Source: Naegleria gruberi (lineage: Eukaryota). Taken from it: 64,000 nucleotides of DNA. Shown piece after piece: positions 32,550 through 43,895 of the stretch. Position numbers and translations under genes: made by a program. How positions within the stretch are numbered: position 1 is the stretch's first letter; every line of letters begins with the position of its first letter. The stretch lies in the NCBI GenBank assembly GCA_000004985.1, contig GG738878.1; one strand, given 5' to 3'. The notes below the pieces were generated by a model. The model saw only the letters and a program-made list of their open reading frames with translations, searched no databases and was not told the origin of the DNA.

Positions 32550-35500
32550 TTATTTGTTCATTTTGTGTAGCACTGATATCAATTCGTGAGTACTGTCAAC
32601 ATTCAACACAATATCCTCATATTGATTACCGAAACTGAACCAAGATCCTGAACTGACAACCCTTATTACTACACTTTCCTTCTCTCCAGGTTTGACTTGG
32701 AAAATACTCTTACTGTCATAGGACCAAACAATCTTAATATTTTCCATAATTACTTCTGTTGGAGGTGGATTTCCAACAGAATAAACCTTATCGCCTTCAG
32801 TACATTCAACTTTAAATAAGTGTTTATCACCAACGAGAATGATTGCAGGAGTGTTTGTGAAGAAATGTTTCACATAGGTGGTTTCTCCAAATGATGGATC
32901 TTTTCTAATCAAATTGTACACATAATTTCCGAAAGCAAGATTCTGGTCGTACGGGTTTAATTTCTTATCTGCACCAACATATCTTGGGAATCTCTTTCTG
33001 GTAACATTGGCATCTCTATCGAAATATTGGGTTGTGTTTTTGAGACCTTCACTTGTTTTGTAGACGAAATCTAAAACACCAGTTACAGGCTTAACTGGAA
33101 TTCCAATTATTCCTTTTCCAATGCCTTTGAAAAAACCTGAAACACCTTCCTTGCTTGCACCTTCGATTGGTTTAGTAAAAATACCAGTACCTGCTTCAAA
33201 TAAACCGAGAGAAAGTGATTGTGCACCTGATAGAATTCCTTCACCAATGTGTTTAGGTCTCTTGCTCAAATGATTGGCCTCCTTTCTCTTAACTTGATAG
33301 TCTTCATCCATAGTCAAAAGACTAATACCATTACTAATTGATTCGGTTACCTTTGATGCTGTATTAAAAGTGCCATGAATTGAATGCTTGAAGAAAGAAG
33401 TAGTTCCCTTGGCCAGTCCTAGTGTAAAATCTTTTGGAGATTTAGTAATTCCTTCCATAGGTTCATAGAAAAGATCGTAGACACCCTTATCTATATCGTT
33501 GAATAGACCAATAGGATTGCCTAAAATATCAAAGCTGCCGAGTATTGCAAACATTTCCTGAATAGCATATCTTGTGTAATGAGATTTCACATTTTCCATG
33601 AGTTGGAATCTAGAAGTTAGAGGAGGATGGTTTAGAATTAAAGCATTTAGTCTGATTGGAGCTTCGTCGACATTCATACTCAATCTTGCTCCTAATGTTC
33701 TCAGCAAAATTGAAAGATCAGAATCTGATTCTGTAGAAATTTCATTGAAGACAAAGCTTAAATCGACCTTGATTGGATGCAATTCAAAGTATTCAAAATA
33801 GATCATTCTATCACTTTGAGGATTTGAGTAAATATTGTGGTCAAAATCAGGTATGATTTCATCGATTTCAGATTCTGCACTAGTATCTATTTTAGAAAGA
33901 ACGATTTGTTTTTCATTATTAACCTTCTTTCCTTTCAGGGATTTAACCATTTCAAATACTTCATGGGCAAATCTAAAGTCAACAGAAAGCTTAGCCTCTT
34001 GCATCAATAATGAAAGATATGGAATGTAATCAAAATCTTTTTCTTTGGTATCTATAATCATACTAAAGTGAAGGAAATCTCTTAATCCAAGTTTGTTGGC
34101 ATTTGTTAAAAGTATTGGGAATGTGCAATTTTCCATTTGATTATCAATACTAAGTCTATTCATCTTGAATTCCAAAAACTGTTTGTTCTTATCGGTCACA
34201 TTAAAGTTAAATGATAAACTTTCGGCTAGCATGTAAAGAAGTTCTTTCTGGAGATGGTTAATGATAGATATTCCAATTCCTTTCAAAAAAACAAAGGATT
34301 GAATCAAATCAGTTTGGGACTCTTCTTCTTCATTTTCTATTTCTGGAAGAACTTCTTGTTCTGAAAATTTCTCTAAAATACTGATAACTCTTGTGTAACC
34401 TCTGTAGGTAGTCAAGCGAATTAATACCTTCTTTTTAAGTTGGCTGATCGTAATTATCTTACTCTTCTTTACCTTGTCGATATCAATGGCACCTAGCTTG
34501 TACTTATCAGCAAGGGTAACATGAATAGAATGTTTGGATTTGATATCTGGTGCAGTATAAGGAATAGTTTGGTTAGGACTAATTGAAATGTACTCGCCAG
34601 TGTAAACTTGTGATACAGATATAGAGTGTGTTGTCTTGTTCACTATAAAGTAAGGGGGTAAAGCTGCCCTTGTGAAATGTACATGAACACAGCCATTTGT
34701 TTCAGTAATTTTTGCAGTTATAAAGTTACCATTAACTATTAATGGAATTTCACCAAGTGTATCAATAGTAAATGGTGTTGACCACTCTGATAATACATCT
34801 CCTGTCTTTAATCGAACACATATCATAGGAGTCTTCTTTCTGTAGAAGTGCATTAAAAGTGGATTGTCAACTTTGATAGTTTCCATCTCTTCAGCATTCA
34901 TTGTCCAATAGAAGTGGCATGGTTTTGTTTGTTGAATTGAATAAATGTGAGTCTCATCCCCAAATTGTTTAGCTTCAATTTCCAATGATTTGTTGTCTTT
35001 TGAATACAGTCCATTCACAAGTAAATATCTTGGTGTAATGATTACTACCTTTGTTCTCTCGTACTTTTCATTAGCCAACGTTACAAATGTTCCCAATTTG
35101 AGTGGTACTTTGCTTTTATCAGAAGCATGCTGTAACACCACCTCAGAGGATGCACCAACAGAATCGATAGAAAATGGTGGTGATGAAAATCCATCACTTG
35201 TTTTAAGGACAACCTTCTTGCTAAATATTAGAGATTTTTCATCTGTATAATTAAACATTAGAGATTCCTTATTATTTACGGTTGTTTTACAACCAAGTAA
35301 ACAATTTTCTTTTGATGAATCCTCAACCTCTATTGAAAAGTCAGTGTAATTCATGATCAAATAAGGACAGTGTACAACAATTTTCAAATAGGTATTGGAA
35401 GTACTTGTAACATCATATTTGAGATTCAAAATTCTTCCTGTAGTGTAAAAATTGGAAAAATTGAGAGATATGTCTTCTTGTTCTGTACTGGAGTTTGAAT

Positions 35501-38500
35501 AAATTAAATTAATATCCTTGGTTTGCCATCCTTGAATAATGGTTTGAATCCATAGTTTAGGTTTTTGCATATCAATCTTGTAAACAAAATGTGTATCACC
35601 TTTCTTAATGAATCCATTATATTTAGCAATTTTGATATTTTCATCCTTAGTGGAAGAACCAAAGAGTGCAAACTGCAAATCTTCTTGAAGTACATTTTGA
35701 ATTGCAAGTGGTGGTATAATATTAATCTTAGTCATCTTATTATGACTGGATTTAGAGTTCAAAATGCAATAAAAGTGGTCTTTCTTATTTGTTGCGTGTT
35801 TGTTCTGAGTAATAATGGTCTTTGCATGGGATTTACGAAGTGTAGAAATGGAATAAAGAAGAGGATCATTTCTTGACCACTTGTACTCACTATGTTCACT
35901 GTTGAGATCCTTGCAAGGTCTTAGAGTGAGAGTAGCATTTTCAACAACCAAATTAGTTGGTAAATAAATGGATTTAAATGGAGAGAGGACCCCAAGAGAA
36001 ACGACTTGTTCACCAATGAAACAACCTAATTGCCAAACTCTATCAGTCTTGTTTCTAATCTTACATCCACTGTGTACAATAATAGTTTTTCTCTTGTTCT
36101 TGTCTTTGATTTCAATAAATACATGATGTTCCAATTGTCCAAATTCTTTGTTAGATACCAGTATTGAATATCCGTGGATTCCATCTTTGTTAGCAAGAAC
36201 CTTTATGATTGTTCCTTCAATATTAAGATCTAAATATTGGTTTCTATCAGAATAGGAAGGAGGGAAAGAGAAATGGATTTCCTGATCTTGCTCAAGAGCA
36301 GTAACTTCGTTGGTAATCTTGAAAGAGGCTTTCAAGCCAGATTTGTTGATTATATTAAATGGTTCAAAGGTAACTGCCAACTCCTTCTGTTTTACAGTGT
36401 CTTGTTCAAGCTCTTTGATCCATGCTTTGGCAGTGCTCACCACAGTTTCCAAAGCAGAATATGTTATATTTAGGTTGATAACATCTTCACATTCAATTTG
36501 AACGATGTGGTTTGGTGATTCCTTTTGGTTTTGATATACGCAATGGATTGGAATTTTGTTCTTTTCAATTATTGGTTCCCATTCTGCATTCTTAAAATTG
36601 TAACAATCACCATAGGCAAGGAATTCTAAATAGGCAGAAATATGATTATCCTGTGGTCCCAAAGACTTGATAAGTGAGTTTAACTTAAATCCTCCCAACT
36701 GCAGTTTCACAATTGGAATGTCAAAACCACTCAGGTCATCCACAACCAATATACTAATAGACTTTAAATCTACAATAATCTTGTTAACGAGCATCTTTGG
36801 AAGAAGCTCATCACTGATCATTTCCTTAAAGTCTTTTGCAATTATAGATTTAGGTTTTGCTTCTGCAAGAGCACACTGCTCAATTATTTGGGTAATGTCT
36901 TCTTCAACTAAAATGGATGGTTTTTCCATTTGTCTCTTGAATTGTTGTGCAATATTATAAAACATTTTAACATCAAAGTAGGAAAGTCTGGTATTACCAC
37001 CCCTCAATAATAAAACTTTGATTATTCGTTCTTCCTTATCTTCTTGACTGGAAATTCTCATAATGTCTATATCTACATCAGTACTATCTACAAGAGGAAG
37101 GGTTCTATTTCCATGCTCAACCAAAATACTCAATCCTGATATTTTGAAAATGCCCTTCTCAGAGAGACCTCCTTCAGTGGATTTAAAGTCAATAGAACTG
37201 CTGAATTTAAGAACAAGAAGTCTACTGTTGACATCGCTTGAAGCTTCAGGTATTACTAGTTGTGGCGTTCCAAAGTCACCCTTCAAAAGCAGTGATGAAG
37301 AGGATGGTTTAAGTAACTTATTATTTTCTTCCAAAACAACTTCATATTGGGAAATATCGTCAATATTTGTTCCAACCATCAGTAGTTCAGCTAATCTGTC
37401 ATTTTGGAAATATTTGGTATCCGAGAAGAAGTGTCTAAAATCTAGTAATAACTCTGGAATAATTACTAGTTTAGGGTTGCTGAGCTTTAGGTTTACAGTT
37501 TCTACCAAGTTTGTTTTGTCATTCTCATAAATCATAGAAAAACAACCATTTGGATCCGAGAATTCAATAAAATTACTAAATACGTTGGTTGTATCTTGTC
37601 TCATATCAGATGCAATGATAGATCCCAAAGTCATATTCATGTGGATACAATCATTGATATCAATCTTGTTATTAAGTTGAAAGTTTGATACAGATAGTTT
37701 AGCAAAGTTTGAACCATTACTCTTTAAAATTAAAAGTGAAATATTTGGAGCCGTAACATAAACATCTGTTATAATAATATTAGAAGAAAATTTTTCAATT
37801 GTCTTTTCTGAAGAAACCCTCTTCAAAAGGAGATCTTTCTTTTTTCTTCTAGTAACCAATGTTCCAATAGATTTGTAGAATTTTCTCTCCTCATTAACAT
37901 CTCTCATACCATCTCTGATATTACCATTAATGAAGTCAAAAATGATTTGATACTGTCTGTGTGTAAGATTAAAGTTAATTTCTGAAAAATCAACAAATAC
38001 CACTTCCTTGGTTATATCAAACTCATTATTGTCTTTTGTTTTGGTGAAAGGAGTAATAATTGGTTTTTTGACATCAACTTTGATGAAAATATCAGAAACA
38101 ATTTTTTCGTGATCGTTCGATGCATCTGAAATAAATTCTAGCATGATATCGTTCAACAATACACTAACATGATCGATGGGAGTATCTGAATTTCCTTCTA
38201 AAAAGTTTTCTACAACCAAATTTCCCAAATGAGCAAGGAAGTGGTCTTTAGATTGAAAGTTGGATGGGAAAATCACCACAGGACTTGTTATTTTGATATT
38301 TAGCTTAATTTGGTTGTTAATGATTCTCTTACTAATTATATCCTTTCCCTTTAGGCCAACTTCAGCTAACTTGTTTCTAGTACTTTCTCTTTTCAAAGCA
38401 TTTAACAGAGGGCCTGATATGTAGTTCTGTGCTTTGTGGTAGAATCTTTGAATGTGCACATATTTAATGGCACTGGTATCCATAGATAAAAATTGTCGAT

Positions 38501-41500
38501 AATTGATTGCTCCTCTTTGTATCAAATCTCTATCACCTTCTTTCTCAGCGAAAAGTTCAGAGGCAGATGCACTGGAGAAAACATATTTGTAATTCAGAGT
38601 GACCACAGAACCTTTGGTCTGATCATAGAGGCCAAGAATTTCCTTGTAAAGAGATGTAGGTTCACTAAGATCCAACAGTTGGATATTTCTTAAACTTCCA
38701 GAAATCGCAACGCTATCTAAATCAATTAGGCATGATATAGTGGTACCAGCATTGATTAATAATTGGGCTATGGTTATACCATTGCTTAGGATAAATACAT
38801 TGGACTCTCCAGCTGTAATTGATGTTGTAAGAAGTTTGCAACTTTCTTGATTACCATCCAATAGCATTTTGGCTATTTCACTAAACTGTTGACCAGCATC
38901 TACTTCATCCTCATCAGGAACATAAGAATAATAATTAATCTTGTTAAAGGCTGATATTTGATCGATAATATCTTGCAAGTCGTAACCGTAGTCAATAAAA
39001 GTAGAGAGAATGGAGGGCTCAACAAAACATTGTAAGCTCTTGAACTCGATTTTGAGTAACATTTGAGAAGAAGGATCATAAATTAAAGAGGTAGGATCTG
39101 TAGATCTGGTGAATGAAACATTGACCAAGTGTTCTTCTGGATTGTTTTCATCTTCTATTGATTTGATAATGTAAAATTCTCTATCTTGCAAAATTTCTGA
39201 TTTTACGTTCATAGAGTGAAGGAATAATTGAATGTTGGTATCCAGATTGTGGTACTGTCGGAAATAAGCGTTCAGATGGGAAAAGTGAATAGAAGCCAAG
39301 TTGAAACTTTGATGAGAAAGAGTCAGTATGAATGAATTCAACTTGAATCTTATGGCTATGAGTACACCTTGTTTTTCTTCCTCCTCATCATCTTCATCGT
39401 CAGAAAAGCTTGCTTCTTTCAAAATATCAGTAATATCATCAATAAAGAAGCTTGTATCGAATGAGTAAATAAACATTCTTAGGGTTGTGATCCAATTTTC
39501 TGTTTCATCCAGAGATGAACATTTGAATTGAATAAATTTCGTTTGATAACCCTTCTTTTGTGGAAGTTCCAATATAAATGTATTTTCTATAGTGTCTGAT
39601 TTGTGTACTTTGGTATGCTTGTTCAAATGTATAATAACATGAAGAAGTCTTGTATCTTCTGTATAAATAAATATCTTCTTAGTACTGCTCACTTCTACGA
39701 AGTAAGGCACAAATTCATTATCTTCATGATTGACTTGTAGAGTTCCCATAATTTTCAAGTCGTTAATTTTCTCCTTTGTACCAGTTGGGTTTTGTTTGAA
39801 TTCTGCTACTAATTGTGTCAACTTTGAAACAGCAAGCATACTCTCTTTGGAAAGAATAAAGTTAATCTTTGGAATATCAAGCAAGAGTTGAACTTTTTCT
39901 TCCACGGTTTCTTCTTTGTGTTTAATAGCACTTGCTGCCAGTGAGGTCTTTTCTAAAATAACATCATATGTAGTAATTTGTTGTTGGTCTGTCAGATATC
40001 CAATAGCATTAATATCTTTAGGAACAACAATTTCCATATTTTCCAGATTGATATCGAACTTTTCTCTGGAAGCTATGCTAGTATCTTTACGCAGTTTGAG
40101 CAATCCAAAATCAAGTAAAAGGAATCTACTGTCAGGATCTGTTGGATTCCAAGGAATGATGATTTGTGGAGCCTTGATATCGAAGGTTAGATCCACAGTG
40201 GTGTCATCTTGCATAAGAACTTCCTTAATCTCCTTTTTGGCCAATTTAGATACTTTCTTGATATGCCTCTTGGCTTCTTTTTCTAAGCGTTTGATATTGA
40301 CATTGTCAAAGTATAAGAATGAAAGTATTCTTTGGAAAAATTCAAAGTTAACTACAATATCGATTTGATTAAGAGCTACCGTCAAATAAATATCACTCTC
40401 TTCATTCTTTTTCTCCAAAGTAGATCGCTTCTCAATGTACAAAGAAAGAAGGTTAGAGGAAGTTTCATTGTACCTTTTAGATTTTGTAATAATTTCAGGA
40501 TAAAGAGTTTGCTTGAATCTATCGAATAATGTTAAATTACCCATAGAAGAACAAACTTTGAATGCTTTGTGAGGTAAAATTTGAATATCTGATACGAATC
40601 TATCTACTTCAAGTTCTAGTAAATCATTTCTTTCGTGATAGACCCTAAATGCTACCTTGGCCAAATCTACGTGGACTCTAACCTTTACATAGTCATCAGG
40701 TATTTCAACGGGTTTCTCTTCATAACCTATAGATTTGTACAGTTCTTCTTTCACCTTATCAGAAAGCTCAATAGCCTTTGCTTGTAGTTTATCTTTCGAG
40801 AACCAGCTTGATTTCTTTTTATGCTCTTCGAAATTCTTTGCTTCCTGATTAATTTCCTTATGTGCACACTTTCTGAAGAACAGAACTTCCTGCAGTGTTC
40901 TTTGATCTTCCAGCTCAGCTAATCTCTTCTCTTCATCTGGGCTGAGCTTTTGCTTGGTTACCCACGGAACTTTTACATGAGTTTTGTAAAGCTTGACGTA
41001 TTCTTTACAATGTAAGCTCAAAATATTTTCATAATGTTGCTTTTTCTTGTCCATTTGTCTCTGAAAATTAACACATTTGAGGGCATACTTCCAATAAGAA
41101 ATGGGGTCAAATTTCTCAGGTCTAAAATGTCGGTATTGGCTTTGGATTGAATAATTTGTAATATATTCCACAATTTTAAAAATGGAATTATACTGATTCT
41201 GACTCAAACACATCTGAATATCATGCACAAAGTGAAAATCAAAATTAAAAACTGGTCTTGTAAAATCTATCCCTGAAGCGGAGAGCTTTTGCATAGTAAG
41301 CTTCAAAAATCCGTCTACTGGTTCCAACAAGTACACTCTGTCATTGGCTTTGATAATGCTCTGTATTATGTCTCTATCGCAAACTTTCTTTTCTATACAT
41401 GTATTTACAAAATCTTCTTTCTCTGTCCAAGGATTCAAATATATCGCCAGCTTGGACATGGTCAATAATTTATAAGTTAATTCTCCTAAATTTTTCTGAA

Positions 41501-42080
41501 ATTTAGTTTCAAAGTTTTCATTTGTAGAATTTACTTCCATACTCTCTAAATAAAATCCACCAACACAGTTATTATCATCTTGATATCGGATATGAATATT
41601 CTCAATTTTAATCTTTAAATTATTTAAAACTGTTTCTATCAACTTGTCGAAAAATCCTTCTTCTGTTTTTTCATCACCTGTACTAGCTGCTGCCTTTTCT
41701 GCTTTGGCAGCTTCTTGTTTTTCAAATTGATCCAATACGTGTTTTTTTAAATCTCGTTGCCTTTGTTTTTCCTCTTCTTCAACAAATGGTCTTCTCATCT
41801 TCGGACGAAGAACAATATATACATCCTTCAATCTACAAACAACAGATTTAGCATTTAAACTTGTATAGGGAACATCAAATTCAAGAAGGGATATGTGACT
41901 AAAAGAAATATAAAAAGGTATTGAATCCGAAATATTATCCAAAGCATACTCCTTCAATTTAATATCATTCAAAGAAGCAACACCTTTCAATACAGCAATA
42001 TTTAAATTCTTCCGATCAAAATTATCAACATATTGTTGCAAGTATGGTACAAGCAAACTAGATACAATATTCTCAATCAT
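32550..42080 (-). CDS. VPS13-family bulk lipid-transfer protein (chorein N-terminal domain). Single uninterrupted ORF of 3176 aa.
   Basis: N-terminus MIENIVSSLLVPYLQQYVDNFDRKNLNIAVLKGVASLNDIKLKEYAL matches the chorein-N signature. Its size and repetitive beta-rich architecture fit VPS13. It ends 6 bp from the stop of the PPR gene on the opposite strand. Confidence 0.9.
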   Translation of the reverse strand: MIENIVSSLLVPYLQQYVDNFDRKNLNIAVLKGVASLNDIKLKEYALDNISDSIPFYISFSHISLLEFDVPYTSLNAKSVVCRLKDVYIVLRPKMRRPFVEEEEKQRQRDLKKHVLDQFEKQEAAKAEKAAASTGDEKTEEGFFDKLIETVLNNLKIKIENIHIRYQDDNNCVGGFYLESMEVNSTNENFETKFQKNLGELTYKLLTMSKLAIYLNPWTEKEDFVNTCIEKKVCDRDIIQSIIKANDRVYLLEPVDGFLKLTMQKLSASGIDFTRPVFNFDFHFVHDIQMCLSQNQYNSIFKIVEYITNYSIQSQYRHFRPEKFDPISYWKYALKCVNFQRQMDKKKQHYENILSLHCKEYVKLYKTHVKVPWVTKQKLSPDEEKRLAELEDQRTLQEVLFFRKCAHKEINQEAKNFEEHKKKSSWFSKDKLQAKAIELSDKVKEELYKSIGYEEKPVEIPDDYVKVRVHVDLAKVAFRVYHERNDLLELEVDRFVSDIQILPHKAFKVCSSMGNLTLFDRFKQTLYPEIITKSKRYNETSSNLLSLYIEKRSTLEKKNEESDIYLTVALNQIDIVVNFEFFQRILSFLYFDNVNIKRLEKEAKRHIKKVSKLAKKEIKEVLMQDDTTVDLTFDIKAPQIIIPWNPTDPDSRFLLLDFGLLKLRKDTSIASREKFDINLENMEIVVPKDINAIGYLTDQQQITTYDVILEKTSLAASAIKHKEETVEEKVQLLLDIPKINFILSKESMLAVSKLTQLVAEFKQNPTGTKEKINDLKIMGTLQVNHEDNEFVPYFVEVSSTKKIFIYTEDTRLLHVIIHLNKHTKVHKSDTIENTFILELPQKKGYQTKFIQFKCSSLDETENWITTLRMFIYSFDTSFFIDDITDILKEASFSDDEDDEEEEKQGVLIAIRFKLNSFILTLSHQSFNLASIHFSHLNAYFRQYHNLDTNIQLFLHSMNVKSEILQDREFYIIKSIEDENNPEEHLVNVSFTRSTDPTSLIYDPSSQMLLKIEFKSLQCFVEPSILSTFIDYGYDLQDIIDQISAFNKINYYSYVPDEDEVDAGQQFSEIAKMLLDGNQESCKLLTTSITAGESNVFILSNGITIAQLLINAGTTISCLIDLDSVAISGSLRNIQLLDLSEPTSLYKEILGLYDQTKGSVVTLNYKYVFSSASASELFAEKEGDRDLIQRGAINYRQFLSMDTSAIKYVHIQRFYHKAQNYISGPLLNALKRESTRNKLAEVGLKGKDIISKRIINNQIKLNIKITSPVVIFPSNFQSKDHFLAHLGNLVVENFLEGNSDTPIDHVSVLLNDIMLEFISDASNDHEKIVSDIFIKVDVKKPIITPFTKTKDNNEFDITKEVVFVDFSEINFNLTHRQYQIIFDFINGNIRDGMRDVNEERKFYKSIGTLVTRRKKKDLLLKRVSSEKTIEKFSSNIIITDVYVTAPNISLLILKSNGSNFAKLSVSNFQLNNKIDINDCIHMNMTLGSIIASDMRQDTTNVFSNFIEFSDPNGCFSMIYENDKTNLVETVNLKLSNPKLVIIPELLLDFRHFFSDTKYFQNDRLAELLMVGTNIDDISQYEVVLEENNKLLKPSSSSLLLKGDFGTPQLVIPEASSDVNSRLLVLKFSSSIDFKSTEGGLSEKGIFKISGLSILVEHGNRTLPLVDSTDVDIDIMRISSQEDKEERIIKVLLLRGGNTRLSYFDVKMFYNIAQQFKRQMEKPSILVEEDITQIIEQCALAEAKPKSIIAKDFKEMISDELLPKMLVNKIIVDLKSISILVVDDLSGFDIPIVKLQLGGFKLNSLIKSLGPQDNHISAYLEFLAYGDCYNFKNAEWEPIIEKNKIPIHCVYQNQKESPNHIVQIECEDVINLNITYSALETVVSTAKAWIKELEQDTVKQKELAVTFEPFNIINKSGLKASFKITNEVTALEQDQEIHFSFPPSYSDRNQYLDLNIEGTIIKVLANKDGIHGYSILVSNKEFGQLEHHVFIEIKDKNKRKTIIVHSGCKIRNKTDRVWQLGCFIGEQVVSLGVLSPFKSIYLPTNLVVENATLTLRPCKDLNSEHSEYKWSRNDPLLYSISTLRKSHAKTIITQNKHATNKKDHFYCILNSKSSHNKMTKINIIPPLAIQNVLQEDLQFALFGSSTKDENIKIAKYNGFIKKGDTHFVYKIDMQKPKLWIQTIIQGWQTKDINLIYSNSSTEQEDISLNFSNFYTTGRILNLKYDVTSTSNTYLKIVVHCPYLIMNYTDFSIEVEDSSKENCLLGCKTTVNNKESLMFNYTDEKSLIFSKKVVLKTSDGFSSPPFSIDSVGASSEVVLQHASDKSKVPLKLGTFVTLANEKYERTKVVIITPRYLLVNGLYSKDNKSLEIEAKQFGDETHIYSIQQTKPCHFYWTMNAEEMETIKVDNPLLMHFYRKKTPMICVRLKTGDVLSEWSTPFTIDTLGEIPLIVNGNFITAKITETNGCVHVHFTRAALPPYFIVNKTTHSISVSQVYTGEYISISPNQTIPYTAPDIKSKHSIHVTLADKYKLGAIDIDKVKKSKIITISQLKKKVLIRLTTYRGYTRVISILEKFSEQEVLPEIENEEEESQTDLIQSFVFLKGIGISIINHLQKELLYMLAESLSFNFNVTDKNKQFLEFKMNRLSIDNQMENCTFPILLTNANKLGLRDFLHFSMIIDTKEKDFDYIPYLSLLMQEAKLSVDFRFAHEVFEMVKSLKGKKVNNEKQIVLSKIDTSAESEIDEIIPDFDHNIYSNPQSDRMIYFEYFELHPIKVDLSFVFNEISTESDSDLSILLRTLGARLSMNVDEAPIRLNALILNHPPLTSRFQLMENVKSHYTRYAIQEMFAILGSFDILGNPIGLFNDIDKGVYDLFYEPMEGITKSPKDFTLGLAKGTTSFFKHSIHGTFNTASKVTESISNGISLLTMDEDYQVKRKEANHLSKRPKHIGEGILSGAQSLSLGLFEAGTGIFTKPIEGASKEGVSGFFKGIGKGIIGIPVKPVTGVLDFVYKTSEGLKNTTQYFDRDANVTRKRFPRYVGADKKLNPYDQNLAFGNYVYNLIRKDPSFGETTYVKHFFTNTPAIILVGDKHLFKVECTEGDKVYSVGNPPPTEVIMENIKIVWSYDSKSIFQVKPGEKESVVIRVVSSGSWFSFGNQYEDIVLNVDSTHELISVLHKMNK

Positions 42081-42484
42081 TTTTGCATTTTTTTTAAAAA
42101 TAAAAATTAAAAATAAATTAGATTCTACAAGTAAGTGATCTCAATCGGTGAGCATTGTAATTTTTGAACACGTATTGTAGTCTAATGAGAAAATCAAGAA
42201 TTTTTTTGGATGATCATTTTAGGCAATCAGGAAATGAAGAGCAAAAACATTTGCAAACCCATTTTGACTCGTTGTCACTTTTGTAATTAATTTTGAAGCT
42301 TCTTTAAACGATGCAATACTACTTGGAAAGCATTTTCCTTCTTTTGCCAAACCCCAACAAATCAACTTGCATCAATTACAGGCGGTATTATATTTCATAG
42401 AGATTCTTATCAAAAAAAACAAATCACATCACCACGCTTCTGCTGGAAGGATAAAGAGCACCAATTCATCAGAAGAAACACATC

Positions 42485-43534
42485 ATGTCGGATACAATCA
42501 AAACAAATCCAGACGATACTCCATTATTGAAAACATTGGAAGGAGTTGATGCTACCAATGCTAGGAAAGAGTTGACAATGGAAGAGGTACATCGGGATTG
42601 GCCACACTTCTTTGTCTATTCCTCCAAAACACCACTCCACCATGCTAAAATCAAGAGAGATTTGAAGAGTGAGCAGGAAAAATTGTGTTTTGACAAGGTA
42701 GAAGAATACGTTCTTTCTGATGCTTTCATCAAGGATGTTGAAAAGTCGTGTTCCGATTCATTTAGAACCCAACAACTTTCACAACGACCTCTAATGAGAA
42801 TTGATTTGGCCAGCATTTCCAACACAGAGCAGGAAGTAGTTGATGATCATGGTTTGATTGTAGATGTATTCAGTTTGTTGAGATTTTGCAATGCCAGAAA
42901 GTTTGACTTGAATAATACCAAAGAGTTACTTACTGAAACAATTTCGTTTAGATTAGAAAAAAAACCACATCTGATAACTAAAGAACAAGTGCAAGTGGAA
43001 ATTTCCAAAGAGAAGGGCGTATGGTGTGGTTATTCAAAGCTGAACAACCCAATTATTTACATCAGTCCACAAAATCATGTGACATATGACAGAGATTTTG
43101 ATACTACCATAAATTTTACACTCTTTATGGGAGAAGTGGGTATGAAAATGATTAGAGAGTACAATCAGAAATATGTACTACCACTATTGTCAACTCAAAG
43201 TGCAGAAGATGTCTTGGAGAAATATGTGGAACAATATGTGATAGTGTATGATGGAAGAACAATTGCTATGAAGAATTGTGATGTAGCCATTATCAAAGAA
43301 TTTTTGAGAATTTCCAATTATTATGCAGAGAGATTGAGTTCTGTTGTTGTATATAGTCCTAATTGGACCTACAAGATTATGCTCAAGATGATTTCACCAT
43401 TTGTAGATAAGAAAACATATGACAAAATCAAAGTAGCCTATGATGTTAATGAAGTGGATGATCTGTTAGAAATAGAAAATGTTCCAACTCAATTTGGTGG
43501 AAAAGCAACAGTGAAATTCAATGAAGACAGTTGA
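42485..43534 (+). CDS. Sec14-like CRAL-TRIO lipid-binding domain protein.
   Basis: CRAL-TRIO N-domain followed by the lipid-binding domain (..YVLPLLSTQSAEDVLEKYVEQYVIVYDGRTIAMKNCDVAIIKEFLRISNYYAERLSSVVVYSPNWTYKIMLKMISPFVDKKTYDKIKVAY). Confidence 0.75.
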   Translation: MSDTIKTNPDDTPLLKTLEGVDATNARKELTMEEVHRDWPHFFVYSSKTPLHHAKIKRDLKSEQEKLCFDKVEEYVLSDAFIKDVEKSCSDSFRTQQLSQRPLMRIDLASISNTEQEVVDDHGLIVDVFSLLRFCNARKFDLNNTKELLTETISFRLEKKPHLITKEQVQVEISKEKGVWCGYSKLNNPIIYISPQNHVTYDRDFDTTINFTLFMGEVGMKMIREYNQKYVLPLLSTQSAEDVLEKYVEQYVIVYDGRTIAMKNCDVAIIKEFLRISNYYAERLSSVVVYSPNWTYKIMLKMISPFVDKKTYDKIKVAYDVNEVDDLLEIENVPTQFGGKATVKFNEDS

Positions 43535-43589
43535 GCTAATAAGACATTTAACTATTGGCACCTTAGCAGTGAACTACTCAGTAGTACAG

Positions 43590-43653
43590 TAATCCCAATA
43601 ATCAATTGATTGAAACCTCTTTGTAATTTAAATCATCTTTTTGTAAATTAATT
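43590..43653. repeat. Short sequence copy related to the 3' end of the SPO11-like gene (paired with 60698-60775).
   Basis: taatcccaataatcaat..tgattga[a/g]acc.tct..ttgtaatttaaatc.tttttgtaaattaatt is shared with 60698-60775, with two gaps of 7-8 nt in this copy. This copy lies in the intergenic region 55 bp downstream of the Sec14-like gene stop. Confidence 0.6.
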
Positions 43654-43895
43654 AAACAAAACTCACCTCTTGACGCCTCTTTGCAAATCTTTCATATAAC
43701 CGAGTTGCTAATTTTGTAATTATTTAGAAGAATCTCCACCTCAAAGAACTACATTGAGCCCACAACTACTGCTTCGACTCTAGCCAAATTAACACCAACA
43801 AAAAAAAGCACCAAACAAAATGGTTTCCGACACCAATAACAACAATCAGAGTTGTGCACAACAATTGGATCGCCGACAATTTTTTCATTAAGAAT

